In this document: positions 1 through 9,166 of the stretch, in pieces | Position numbering within the stretch: the first letter of the stretch is position 1 | Layout of the letters: each line of letters opens with the position of its first letter | Source: Alphaproteobacteria bacterium | GTDB taxonomy: Bacteria; Pseudomonadota; Alphaproteobacteria; UBA828 | Direction of reading: 5' to 3' | Length of the DNA stretch: 64,000 bases | Assembly: GCA_965221125.1 (NCBI GenBank) | Contig: CBDCRW010000004.1 | Span: 160,001 to 224,000, forward strand | The notes under the pieces: model-generated | The model's input: the letters and a program-made list of their open reading frames with translations, nothing else | Databases searched by the model: none | What the model was told of the DNA's origin: nothing | Translations under genes and position numbers: made by a program

Positions 1-448
1 ACAACATGCCGAGCGTGGTTATGAAGGATGGTATGCCGAACCGGGTCGTGATGACCCCGTTGATCAGCCCGATCCCCATCCCGGATGCCATGCCGGCGAG
101 GATGGCGAGGGCAAGGGGCACGTCGTTCACGTAGGCGAACACCATGATGTAGGGCGCGACAATGAAGACGGCGCCCACGGACAGGTCGAACTCGCCGCAG
201 ATCATCAGCAGGCCGACGCCCAGCGCCATGATCCCGAGCGGCGGAATCGCGCGCATCAGGATCCTGATGTTGGCCGGCTGCGTGAACCGGAAATCGCTCG
301 GATACAGCAGCGAGATGATGACGCAGACGGCGAGGAACACGAGGAACACGATGATGACGTTGCCGGCCGGATGGGCGCGCAGCCGGTCGAGGGCGTTCGC
401 CCCGGCGTAGCGGTCCACGCCCGTGTTGCCGCGCCCGGTATCCACCAT
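1..448 (-). CDS. Sugar ABC transporter permease (RbsC family), 3' end runs off the window
   Basis: Manual translation from ATG at 448: MVDTGRG...GIMALGVGLLMICGEFDLSVGAV...GLINGVITTRFGIPSFITTLGM. Carries the RbsC-type GEFDLSV and IPSFI motifs; paralog of the adjacent permease. Confidence 0.9.
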   Translation of the reverse strand, partial: MVDTGRGNTGVDRYAGANALDRLRAHPAGNVIIVFLVFLAVCVIISLLYPSDFRFTQPANIRILMRAIPPLGIMALGVGLLMICGEFDLSVGAVFIVAPYIMVFAYVNDVPLALAILAGMASGMGIGLINGVITTRFGIPSFITTLGML

Positions 449-459
449 GCCGGCCCCGC

Positions 460-1521
460 TCAGCCGGACTGTCCGCCGACCCGCCGGGCGAACCAGGCGT
501 TGGCGATGACCGCGATAATCACGATCGCGCCGACGAACCCCTGCAGGTAGACGCCAGGCGCGCGCAGAAGGATGAGGAGATTGTCGACGGTGAGGATGAG
601 GGCGACGCCGAGACAGATGCCGAGCACCGTGCCCCGACCGCCGAAGAGGAAGACGCCGCCGACGACGCACGCGGCGATGGCCTGGAGCTCGAGCCCGGTG
701 AGGGTCTGGGCGGGGATGATCGCGTTGACCCGGGTTGCCGAGATCGTTCCCGCGATTGCCGCGCCCACCGAGCAGATGACGAATCCGACCTGTTTGACCC
801 GTTTCGCGTTGACGCCCACGGCGATCGCCGCCTCGCGGTTTCCGCCGACGGCGAGGAAATGATTGCCCAGCCGATGCCGGTTCAGGAAGACGTAGGCGAG
901 GATCGCGAAGAAGATGAACCACAGGAACTGGGCATGCAGCGGCCCCACGATGTGGCCGGTAAGGACCGCCTCGAAGGTCTCGCCAGGATATATCGATACC
1001 TGCTCGGAAGACGTCGACTTGGGGTCCGACGAGAAGTAGCGGACCACGCCGCGCAGGAAGAACATCATCCCCAGCGTGGCGATGAAGGAGGGGATCACCA
1101 GCCGGGTGGTGATGAGCCCGTTCGCGACCCCGACCGCAACGCCGACGAAGAGGGCCAGCAGGACCGCCGCCCAGAGCGGCCAGCCCCATTCGTTGAGCGA
1201 CAGCCCCATCAGGTAGGGGGCGAGAGTGTAGACGCCGGCGACCGACAGGTCGAACTCGCCGGCAATCATCAGGAGTCCGACGCCGAGAGCGAGTATCCCG
1301 AGGGTCGGTATGGTCTGGAACAGAACGCCGAGATTGCCCGCGGCGAGGAACCGGAAGTCGCTGGGGACCACCAGCCCGATGACGATGAGGGTGAGGAGAA
1401 AGGTGCCGTAGAGGACGACGATGTTGGCGGCGGGGTAGCGGCGGAAGCGGGTCCACGGCGTCTGGTGGACATAGCGGCCCGCACCCGCATCCGTGCCGGC
1501 GTTCGGTTCCGATGCGCTCAT
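460..1521 (-). CDS. Sugar ABC transporter permease (RbsC family)
   Basis: 353 aa hydrophobic ORF with GEFDLSV, IPSFIATLG, AVGGNREAA and ELQAIAACVVGG motifs. Confidence 0.93.
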   Translation of the reverse strand: MSASEPNAGTDAGAGRYVHQTPWTRFRRYPAANIVVLYGTFLLTLIVIGLVVPSDFRFLAAGNLGVLFQTIPTLGILALGVGLLMIAGEFDLSVAGVYTLAPYLMGLSLNEWGWPLWAAVLLALFVGVAVGVANGLITTRLVIPSFIATLGMMFFLRGVVRYFSSDPKSTSSEQVSIYPGETFEAVLTGHIVGPLHAQFLWFIFFAILAYVFLNRHRLGNHFLAVGGNREAAIAVGVNAKRVKQVGFVICSVGAAIAGTISATRVNAIIPAQTLTGLELQAIAACVVGGVFLFGGRGTVLGICLGVALILTVDNLLILLRAPGVYLQGFVGAIVIIAVIANAWFARRVGGQSG

Positions 1522-1633
1522 GTCCGTTGGGGAGTCCCTTGCGGAGACCGAGCCTGCCCCTCCCTGCGGCCGCCCGTCTACGGACGGCCGCGAGGAGGGG
1601 TTTCGCTTACCGAATCAGGCTGCGGGCTGAACC

Positions 1634-2584
1634 CTAGCGATAGGTTCCGGCGAAGTCGGTCGCCGCCTGGGCATTGGATGCATCGACGACGCCGTTGCCC
1701 GTGTCGACGCTTCCCGGCGCCAGGTTGTAGCGAACCTGGTAGGCGATGAACATGACGGGCAGGAAGCCCTGCCAGAAGGGCTGCTGATCCATGGTTGCCG
1801 TGGTCAGTCCTGCGTTGATGTTCTCCATGATACGCGGATTGACGTCGAACCCGCCGTTCGGCAGACCGTCGAGTCCCGCCTCTTCAGCGGCCTGGGGCAG
1901 CACCGAGGTGGGTACGTTGCCGAGCCCGATGGCGCAGTCGGTATCCGGATTGGCGAGCAGGTACTCGGCCACGATGTTGAGGTTCTCGGCGACCTGATCG
2001 CCGGTCCCGATCATCTCGCTCGTGATCCCCGCTGCGTCCAGCGCATTCTTGACGCCTTGGTAGCGCTCGCCGGCGTAGATGAGATCGGGGAACTCCACCG
2101 GCGCGACACAGTGATCGCCTTCCTTGAGGCCGTGCTCCGCGATCATCCTCGACCCGATGATGTACCCGGAAGCGATGAAGTCCTGGCCGACGAAGGCCTG
2201 GCGCGCGGTATCGGCGTCGTCGATGTTCGAAGAGACGACCGCCATCCCCGCCTCACGCGCCTTGGCGATGACCTCGATCATCGCGTCCTCGACGGAGATC
2301 ATCGGCACCACGCCGTCCTGCCGGTTGGCGATGGCGGTCTCGATGATGTTGATCTGACGCTGCGGGTCGCCCTCGGCATTCTGGATGTCGAGGTTGACGT
2401 TGAACTTCTCGGCCGCTTCCCGCGCGCCGAACATCACCGGCTCGAAGAAGACGTTGCCAGGGCAGCAGTGGACGATGAGGGTCACGTCCACCTCGTCGTT
2501 ATCCAGCTTGGCCTGAGCCGGCAGCGCTATCGACAGTCCGAGGATCGCCGCTGACAGCGCGGCGAGAAGTCGGTTTCGAGTCAT
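1634..2584 (-). CDS. Sugar ABC transporter periplasmic binding protein (RbsB-like)
   Basis: Signal peptide ending AQA, FVGQDFIASG and TMDQQPFWQG motifs, GGAGG RBS upstream. Confidence 0.9.
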   Translation of the reverse strand: MTRNRLLAALSAAILGLSIALPAQAKLDNDEVDVTLIVHCCPGNVFFEPVMFGAREAAEKFNVNLDIQNAEGDPQRQINIIETAIANRQDGVVPMISVEDAMIEVIAKAREAGMAVVSSNIDDADTARQAFVGQDFIASGYIIGSRMIAEHGLKEGDHCVAPVEFPDLIYAGERYQGVKNALDAAGITSEMIGTGDQVAENLNIVAEYLLANPDTDCAIGLGNVPTSVLPQAAEEAGLDGLPNGGFDVNPRIMENINAGLTTATMDQQPFWQGFLPVMFIAYQVRYNLAPGSVDTGNGVVDASNAQAATDFAGTYR

Positions 2585-2718
2585 GGTCTGATTTCCTCCC
2601 TAGGGCTTATGATTTGTGGCTGGCGGGCTTCGCGGCACACCCAGCCGGAGCGGCCGGGCACCCGTTCCGGGTTCGCCTACTCCCGAGTCGTTCGTGTCGC
2701 ATTCGCGCAGGACCTTCG

Positions 2719-3651
2719 TCAGGCCGCCTCCTCCCAGCGATCGAGCCAGGGCCCGGAGCACGAGTACTCGAAGCTGTCGTCGGCAAGGCCCCGGTACGCC
2801 TGGATGTCGTCGAGCTGCCCCCGCGACCATTCCTCCAGGTCGAGGCGGAAGCCGGGGTCGCCGCCTTTCCGCATCGGCACCAGCGGCCGTTCGTCGAACC
2901 CCGCCGGCTCGCCCGGACGCTGCCAGCGAAGGTCGGCCGTCCACCGAATCTTGTCGGAGAAATTCTCGGTCGAGCGGTGCGGCATCATCGTGTTGTGAAA
3001 GAGGACCGAGCCCACTTTCATCTCGCAGGTGACGCGCTCGCCTTCCGGCAGGTCGGCCTCGTCGATGTAGACGTACCAGGACTTCGGATGCCCGACCATG
3101 CACTCCTTGCGATGGCGGAACACCTGCCCCGAGCGGTGCCCGCCACGGATCACCTCGAGCGTTCCGTTCTCCCGGCTCGCATCGATGAACGGGATCCATG
3201 CGACCGGCTGCAGCGTGCGCTCCATTCCCGGGGTGAAGTAGGCGGCGTCCTGGTGCCACGGCACCGTCATGAGCTGCGTGTTCGGAGTCTTGGGCCGGAT
3301 CACGCTGATCGGATGGCCGCAGATGTCGGGGCCGAGAAAGCGTTCGACGACGTCGAGGAGCTTGTCCGAAGACCACAGCCGGGCCAGCGCGGGCCGGACC
3401 TGCTCCCGGTTGTGAACCAGCGGGGCGGCGCCCGGCCACTGCTCTTCAAGCTTCGTGAGGCGGTGGAAGAAATCCTCGTCCGCGCACTTGTCCGCGATCT
3501 TGCCCGCTAGGTGGAGCTTCTCGGCCCATTCGTCCACGACCTGCTCGAACTCGTCCATCACCGGCTGAAGGTCGTCGGCCGTCAGCAGATCCTCCACGAT
3601 GAGAAAGCCGTCGTCGAAGTACTGCTGGACCTGCTGGTCGGTGAGCGCCAT
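2719..3651 (-). CDS. Phytanoyl-CoA dioxygenase (PhyH) family Fe(II)/2-oxoglutarate dioxygenase
   Basis: N-terminal QQYFDDGFLIVEDLL, PWHQD (HxD), ENGTLEVIRGGH, and distal H and R in MPHRSTENFSDKIRW. Confidence 0.92.
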   Translation of the reverse strand: MALTDQQVQQYFDDGFLIVEDLLTADDLQPVMDEFEQVVDEWAEKLHLAGKIADKCADEDFFHRLTKLEEQWPGAAPLVHNREQVRPALARLWSSDKLLDVVERFLGPDICGHPISVIRPKTPNTQLMTVPWHQDAAYFTPGMERTLQPVAWIPFIDASRENGTLEVIRGGHRSGQVFRHRKECMVGHPKSWYVYIDEADLPEGERVTCEMKVGSVLFHNTMMPHRSTENFSDKIRWTADLRWQRPGEPAGFDERPLVPMRKGGDPGFRLDLEEWSRGQLDDIQAYRGLADDSFEYSCSGPWLDRWEEAA

Positions 3652-3882
3652 GACGTTCCTCCCTCGAACCCGTCAGCGTGCCCGGACCCTGGGCAGCATA
3701 CGAGACCGCCACTCAGGCAGCGTAACAAGCGCAAATTGCGATTTCAACGCCGCCTGTCCGATTCACGGCGCCCCGCGTCCCGAAGCCGCAGCTGCCGGCC
3801 GCGCCCCCGGCTGCGGAGAAGAATTGGAGCGCAAGGGCAGGCATGGGCTAACATCCGTGCGGGCTGACGGCATGGCAACGGC

Positions 3883-4944
3883 ATGGACATTGCACGCAGG
3901 GACTACAGCCTGAACGGCGAGGAGACCAGGCGCGCCTGGGAGAAGGGCCTCGTGTCCGCGGAGTGGTACCGGAGCCCGGTGCCGCGTGCGCGCCTCAAGG
4001 AGCTCATGAAGCGCCGCAACTTCCCCGCGCTCTGGCATCTGTTCCTCTGGTACGCGCTGATCGCCGGCTTCGGCGTGCTGACCTGGCTGACCTGGGGCAC
4101 GTGGTGGATGGCGCCCGCCTACCTTGCCTACTGCACCATTCTCACCGGCTCTTCGGATCCGCGCTGGCACGAGTTCGGCCACGGCACGGCGACCGCGATC
4201 CCGTGGCTCAACAACGCCGTCTACAACTTCGCGTCGTTCTTCCTGCTGCGCGAGCCGACGGTGTGGCGCTGGAGCCACACGCGCCACCACACCGACACGA
4301 TCATCGTCGGCCGTGACCCGGAGATCGTGAATCCGCGGCCACCGGACTTCCGTGCGCTCTTCCTCACCGCCTTCAACCTCATCGGCGGAACGAAGACCAT
4401 CAAGCACGTTTTCATTCACGCGCTCGGCAGGAAGACCTTCCCGGAAGAGGACTTCGTGCCGGAGGCCGAGTGGTGGAGAGTGCACCTGGCGGCGCGAGTG
4501 TGGATCGCGATCTGGCTCGGCACCATCGCGCTTGCGATCGCGACCGGCTCGGTGCTGCCCGTCGCGCTGGTGCTGGTGCCGCCCTTCCTCGGTCACTGGA
4601 TCGTGCTCTTCTTCGGCATGACCCAGCACCTGGCCCTTGCCGAGGACGTGCTCGACCATCGCCTCTGCACCCGCACCGTCTACATGAACCCGGTGCTGCG
4701 GTTCCTCTACCTGAACATGAACTACCACGTGGAACACCACATGTACCCGCTGGTGCCCTACCACGCGCTGCCCAGGCTGCACGAAGAGGTGAAGGCGGAC
4801 TGCCCGCCGCCCTGCCCGAGCGTCTGGGCGGCCTACCGGGAGATCATTCCGACCATGTTCAGGCAGCGGCGGGACCCGGAGACCTGGATCGAGAAGGAGT
4901 TGCCCGCGGCCACCGCCGAAGCGAAGGTGGCGGCAGCGGAGTAG
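3883..4944 (+). CDS. mocD: MocD-like membrane di-iron oxygenase (fatty acid desaturase family)
   Basis: His boxes WHEFGHG, HTRHH and NYHVEHH; DSRWHE-like segment; directly followed by a MocE-like Rieske ferredoxin. Confidence 0.8.
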   Translation: MDIARRDYSLNGEETRRAWEKGLVSAEWYRSPVPRARLKELMKRRNFPALWHLFLWYALIAGFGVLTWLTWGTWWMAPAYLAYCTILTGSSDPRWHEFGHGTATAIPWLNNAVYNFASFFLLREPTVWRWSHTRHHTDTIIVGRDPEIVNPRPPDFRALFLTAFNLIGGTKTIKHVFIHALGRKTFPEEDFVPEAEWWRVHLAARVWIAIWLGTIALAIATGSVLPVALVLVPPFLGHWIVLFFGMTQHLALAEDVLDHRLCTRTVYMNPVLRFLYLNMNYHVEHHMYPLVPYHALPRLHEEVKADCPPPCPSVWAAYREIIPTMFRQRRDPETWIEKELPAATAEAKVAAAE

Positions 4945-5001
4945 AGCGGCGTCGGGAGGCAGCGGCCGGGCTCGCGGCGCAGGAGTTCGGAGAGAGTTGC
5001 C

Positions 5002-5316
5002 ATGAGCGGCTGGGTCAGGGCGTGCGCGGTCGACGACATCGAGCCCGAGGACGTGATCCGCTTCGATCACGGCGGGCGGACGTTCGCGATCTACCGCAGC
5101 CCCGACAACGAGTTCTACGCGACCGACGGAAACTGCACGCACGAGGAGACGCACCTCGCCGAGGGCTTCGTAATCGACGAGGTTATCGTGTGCCCGAAGC
5201 ACAACGGCCGCTTTGACTACAGGACGGGCCGGGCGCTCGGCGCCCCGGTGCTCGACGACCTGGACGTGTATCCGGTGCGGATCGAGAACGGGTCCGTCTA
5301 CGTGAATATCGGCTGA
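5002..5316 (+). CDS. mocE: MocE-like Rieske [2Fe-2S] ferredoxin
   Basis: CTHE...CPKHNGRFDY Rieske ligands; EDVIRFDHGGRTFAIYRS N-terminus typical of the MocE type. Confidence 0.85.
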   Translation: MSGWVRACAVDDIEPEDVIRFDHGGRTFAIYRSPDNEFYATDGNCTHEETHLAEGFVIDEVIVCPKHNGRFDYRTGRALGAPVLDDLDVYPVRIENGSVYVNIG

Positions 5317-5382
5317 CAGGGCCACCGGAGCGAGAGGCGGACGCAAGGCACGCGACCTGCTCACCCGAAAGGGGAACGAACG

Positions 5383-6402
5383 ATGACGGAGCCAACTCTC
5401 GGTACCCGCGACGCGCGCGGCAACTGGCGTCCGCCCTACATCATCGAGAAGCCGATCTTCATGTCGTGGCCGCTCAAGCCGGTCGCGGTCCTCAAGTTCT
5501 TCTTCGGGTGGCCCGGCTATCTCTGGCCGTGGAATGCCCTCTTCTTCGCGTTTCCGCTGGTGGCGTGGCTTTACATGACGCCGCCTCTCGCCGACATGCA
5601 GACGTTCGAGGCGTGGTGGATCGCCGTCGTCTTCGCCCGCAACCTGGGGTTCACGGTGCTCCTCTTCGGTGCCTGGCACCTGTGGTTCTACGTCTTCAAG
5701 GCCCAGGGCACGCACACCAAGTACACGCTTCGCCCGTTCGCCCGGAACAGCAGGGTCTTTGCCTTCAACAACCAGCTTGCGGACAACATCTTCTGGTGCC
5801 TGGCGAGCGGCGTGCCGATCTGGACGGCCTACGAGGTCGTTACGCTGTGGGCCTTCGCCAACGGCTACGTGCCGTTCGTCGAGCTGCGCACGGACCCGGT
5901 GTGGTTCGTCGTCTTCATGCTGCTGATCCCGCTGATCCGGGAATTCCACTTCTACGCCGTGCACCGCCTGCTGCACTGGCGGCCGCTCTACGAGCTCGCT
6001 CACAAGGTGCATCACCGCAACGTCAACGTCGGCCCCTGGGCCGGCATGTCGATGCACCCGGTGGAGCACGTGCTCTACTTCTCGGGCGCGCTGTTGCACT
6101 GGGTCGTTCCCTCGCACCCGCTGCACATGATGTTTCACCTGCACCACGCCGCGCTCTCGGCGCCCCAGGGCCACCATGGCTTCGAGAGCTTCGGCGTCGA
6201 AGGCAGGGCGGTGTCCTTCGGCGGCTACGGACACTACCTCCACCACAGGTACTTCGAGTGCAACTACGGCGGCGGCGACGGCCTGCTGATCTGGGACGTC
6301 CTGTTCGGCACGTGGCACGACGGCTCCGACGAGGCCCACGAGCGCATGAAGCGGCGCCTGGCCAAGCGTCGCTGGGCGGAGAAAGCGGCGGGCGCCGCGT
6401 AG
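5383..6402 (+). CDS. Sterol desaturase / fatty acid hydroxylase superfamily protein
   Basis: His boxes HRLLH, HKVHH, HHGF and HYLHHRYFECNYG, with WDVLFGT near the C-terminus. Confidence 0.9.
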   Translation: MTEPTLGTRDARGNWRPPYIIEKPIFMSWPLKPVAVLKFFFGWPGYLWPWNALFFAFPLVAWLYMTPPLADMQTFEAWWIAVVFARNLGFTVLLFGAWHLWFYVFKAQGTHTKYTLRPFARNSRVFAFNNQLADNIFWCLASGVPIWTAYEVVTLWAFANGYVPFVELRTDPVWFVVFMLLIPLIREFHFYAVHRLLHWRPLYELAHKVHHRNVNVGPWAGMSMHPVEHVLYFSGALLHWVVPSHPLHMMFHLHHAALSAPQGHHGFESFGVEGRAVSFGGYGHYLHHRYFECNYGGGDGLLIWDVLFGTWHDGSDEAHERMKRRLAKRRWAEKAAGAA

Positions 6403-6491
6403 TCTGTTGATGGAATGGACGCCCCCTCCTGACGGCATCGCAATGTGCCAAGGTGGTGTTGTGTTTCAACCCCCTGAAGGAGGAGGCATCC

Positions 6492-7514
6492 ATGGAAGAG
6501 GTTAGCATCATCGGGATCGATCTGGCGAAGCGCAGCTTTCAGCTTCACGGTGTTCGGGCAGACGGGTCGGTTGCATTCCGCAAGAAGCTGAGCCGGGAGA
6601 AGCTTGAGAGCTTTCTGGCCTCTCGGCCGCGTTGTGAAGTGGCGATGGAGGCTTGCGCGAGTGCACACCACTGGGGCCGGGCGTTCCATGAGCTTGGCCA
6701 CGACGTGAGGTTGATCCCGCCGATCTACGTCAAGCCGTATGTGAAGCGGCAGAAGAACGACGCGGCGGACGCGGAGGCGATCTGCGAAGCCGCGCAGCGG
6801 CCGAGCATGCGCTTGGTGGCGGTGAAGACGCAGGATCAGCAGGCCCGGGCGATGTTGTTCCGCACGCGCGATCTTCTGGTGCGTCAGCGGACGCAGACGA
6901 TCAACGCGCTGAGGGGCCACCTGGCGGAGTTCGGCGTGATCGCGCCCAAGGGACCGGCTCATGTCGGTCGGCTGGCTGTGGCGCTGGAAGCCCCGGGTTG
7001 CGACTTGCCGGAGCAGGTTCGGGAGTTGGCCGGCCTTCTCCTCGAGCAGATCGCCGTGCTCAGTGCGAAGATCGACAGCCTTGGGAAGGCGCTTCAGGCG
7101 AGCGCGCGCCAGGACGAAGAGGCGATGCGGCTCATGACGATCCCCGGGATCGGTCCGATCTGTGCGATGGCGCTCCAGGCCTTTGCACCGCCGATGGAGA
7201 GCTTCCGGCGCGGGCGCGATTTCTCCGCCTGGCTCGGCCTCGTGCCGCGCCAGCACACGACGGGCGGCAAGCCGAGGCTGGGCAAGATATCGAGGATGGG
7301 CCAGCGCGACCTCAGGCGCCTCCTGATCACGGGCGCCATGACGGTTGTCAGGCACGCGATTCGACGCGGCGAGACGGCTGACCCCTGGCTGGCCAGGATG
7401 CTGGCGCGCAAGCCGAGGATGCTGGTCGCGGTGGCCCTGGCCAACCGCATGGCGCGTATCGTGTGGGCGCTGGAGACGAGGAAGGAGACCTACCGGCTTC
7501 CCGTCGCCGCCTGA
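6492..7514 (+). CDS. IS110 family DEDD transposase/recombinase
   Basis: IGIDLAK, MEAC, KNDAADAEAI, IPGIGP, GLVPRQHTTGGK and VAVALANRMAR motifs; AGGAGG RBS before ATG 6492. Confidence 0.97.
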   Translation: MEEVSIIGIDLAKRSFQLHGVRADGSVAFRKKLSREKLESFLASRPRCEVAMEACASAHHWGRAFHELGHDVRLIPPIYVKPYVKRQKNDAADAEAICEAAQRPSMRLVAVKTQDQQARAMLFRTRDLLVRQRTQTINALRGHLAEFGVIAPKGPAHVGRLAVALEAPGCDLPEQVRELAGLLLEQIAVLSAKIDSLGKALQASARQDEEAMRLMTIPGIGPICAMALQAFAPPMESFRRGRDFSAWLGLVPRQHTTGGKPRLGKISRMGQRDLRRLLITGAMTVVRHAIRRGETADPWLARMLARKPRMLVAVALANRMARIVWALETRKETYRLPVAA

Positions 7515-7770
7515 GAAGGCGAAGCGCGGAACGTCGTCGGGGATGCGGGCAGGACGGAGGACGGGCAAGGGCAAAACGGTCAACGAGACGGGATCGGGCA
7601 AACCAGCTTCCGAACAAAGAGCCTTCGAGCTCGCACTGTTGATATGGACCCGATCCGCGTATCTCCATGCGGGCCAGCGGCGCCAGAGTTACGCGCCGCA
7701 TCAACAGGCCGGATAGATGTAAGCACCTGACCGCATGCTCCAAGGCGTTCAAAGAACTGCTTGCATCAAC
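7515..7770 (+). ncRNA. Putative bridge/seek RNA of the IS1111-type element
   Basis: Stem 7591-7598/7649-7656 encloses CCGAACA (7610-7616, reverse complement of the right flank) and CTGTTGAT (7636-7643, identical to the left flank) around an inner hairpin. A second loop carries TCCAT and ATAGATG, matching the circle junction. Transcript boundaries are approximate. Confidence 0.75.
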
Positions 7771-7958
7771 GGGGGCGTCCATAGATGTTCGGCATGCGGG
7801 TTGCGCGCCGATCGGCGCGGTAACTCATTGATCTGGCTGGATTGTGGGGGATCAATATAGCGTGCTTAACGACACGCGTGTTCTTTCAGACCATTGACAT
7901 GCAACGAATTTGTCCGCTTGCGCGGCAGACCGTGTTGGTGGTGAGAAATACGGGCTAG

Positions 7959-9092
7959 CTAGATGTCCCGATACCTGACGGGGATGCGCTGGCCCGAGCC
8001 CCATGACTCGATCATGTGATCGACGACTTCCGCCACGCGGTAGCCGTCCCGGAAGGTCGCGGCGAGGGGGGAGACCTCGTGCCGGCCGATCACCGCGCCG
8101 ATGAAGTGGTGGACCTGGTGCACGAAGCACTCGACCCAGCCGATGGGGTGGCTGCCCTGCACGCCGCCGTCCCACCAGAAGTCGGCCAAGGGGTGCTCCG
8201 GCTTGATGACCTGGATGGTCCGAAAACCCTGGTCGCGGCCCTCGGCGATCTGCAGCTCGTTGAGCTTGCCGACCTGGTAGCGGAGCGAGCCGCCGCTGCA
8301 GTCCACCTCGATGCTGCCGAAGTGGCCGTAGCCGGCGGCGACGCGGGACGCCTGGATGGTGCCGACCATGCCGTTCTCGAAGGTGACGATGGAGGCGAAG
8401 GCGTCGTCGACCTCGACCCGGTGACCCTCGACCTCGGGCACGTTGACCCGGGCGATGGCCATGACCTCGTCGATCTCGCCGACGAGGTAGCGCGCCGTGT
8501 CGATGTGGTGCGAGCCGAGATCGCCGAAGGTGCCGGTGCCGGCCACCGCCTTGTCGAGACGCCAGGCCATGGGCAGGTCCGGCCGCAGGTAGTCGGACAT
8601 CAGGTAGCAGGAGCGGAAGTGGATGGGCTCGCCCAGCGTGCCGCCTCGGATCAGCTCGCGCATGTAGCGGATCGCCGGGATGAAGCGGTGGATGAACGCG
8701 GCCTGGTGGACGATCCCGGCGCCCTCGGCCGCGCGCCACATCTCGTAGGAGGCATCGGCGTCGTGGGCGAGCGGCTTCTCGCACAGCACCGGGATACCGC
8801 GCCGCGCCGCCTCCACCGTCGGCTCCCTATGGAGGTTGTTGGGCGCCGCGTTGACGAAGATGTCGATCCCGGCGCCGTCCAACATCGCCCGCCAGTCGTC
8901 GCCCGTCTCCTCGTAGCCGAAGCGGTCCTGCACCTCATCGCGGGTGGCCTCGTCGAGGTCGACGATCCGCTTCAGCCGGATCGCGACGGGGAGCCGGTTC
9001 TTGACCAGCTTCTGCATGGCGAACGAATAGGAATGGAACGAGCCGATGAAGCCTGCTCCCAAGGTTCCGACGACGAGTTCGCGATTGGACAT
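7959..9092 (-). CDS. Gfo/Idh/MocA family oxidoreductase
   Basis: GAGFIG Rossmann motif, LCEKPL, GTFGDLGSHHID. Confidence 0.93.
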   Translation of the reverse strand: MSNRELVVGTLGAGFIGSFHSYSFAMQKLVKNRLPVAIRLKRIVDLDEATRDEVQDRFGYEETGDDWRAMLDGAGIDIFVNAAPNNLHREPTVEAARRGIPVLCEKPLAHDADASYEMWRAAEGAGIVHQAAFIHRFIPAIRYMRELIRGGTLGEPIHFRSCYLMSDYLRPDLPMAWRLDKAVAGTGTFGDLGSHHIDTARYLVGEIDEVMAIARVNVPEVEGHRVEVDDAFASIVTFENGMVGTIQASRVAAGYGHFGSIEVDCSGGSLRYQVGKLNELQIAEGRDQGFRTIQVIKPEHPLADFWWDGGVQGSHPIGWVECFVHQVHHFIGAVIGRHEVSPLAATFRDGYRVAEVVDHMIESWGSGQRIPVRYRDI

Positions 9093-9166
9093 CCGCTCCG
9101 ACTCCTTCCAGTGCTCAGGCAACGGTTCTCCCCGGCCCGGAGCCGGGTAGCGGTGTAGTGTTGCGC

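Larger units (their letters stand above)
6409..7787 (+). mobile_element. IS110 family, IS1111-group insertion sequence
   Basis: Perfect 12-bp sub-terminal inverted repeats ATGGACGCCCCC (6415-6426) and GGGGGCGTCCAT (7771-7782). GATG core at both junctions (6409-6412, 7784-7787). Long 3' non-coding region and TTGCAT -35-like hexamer at 7761-7766. Confidence 0.88.

Noticed and set aside
3763-6438. 891-aa minus-strand ORF
   Set aside because: Antisense shadow of mocD, mocE and the desaturase in GC-rich DNA; no recognisable motifs.
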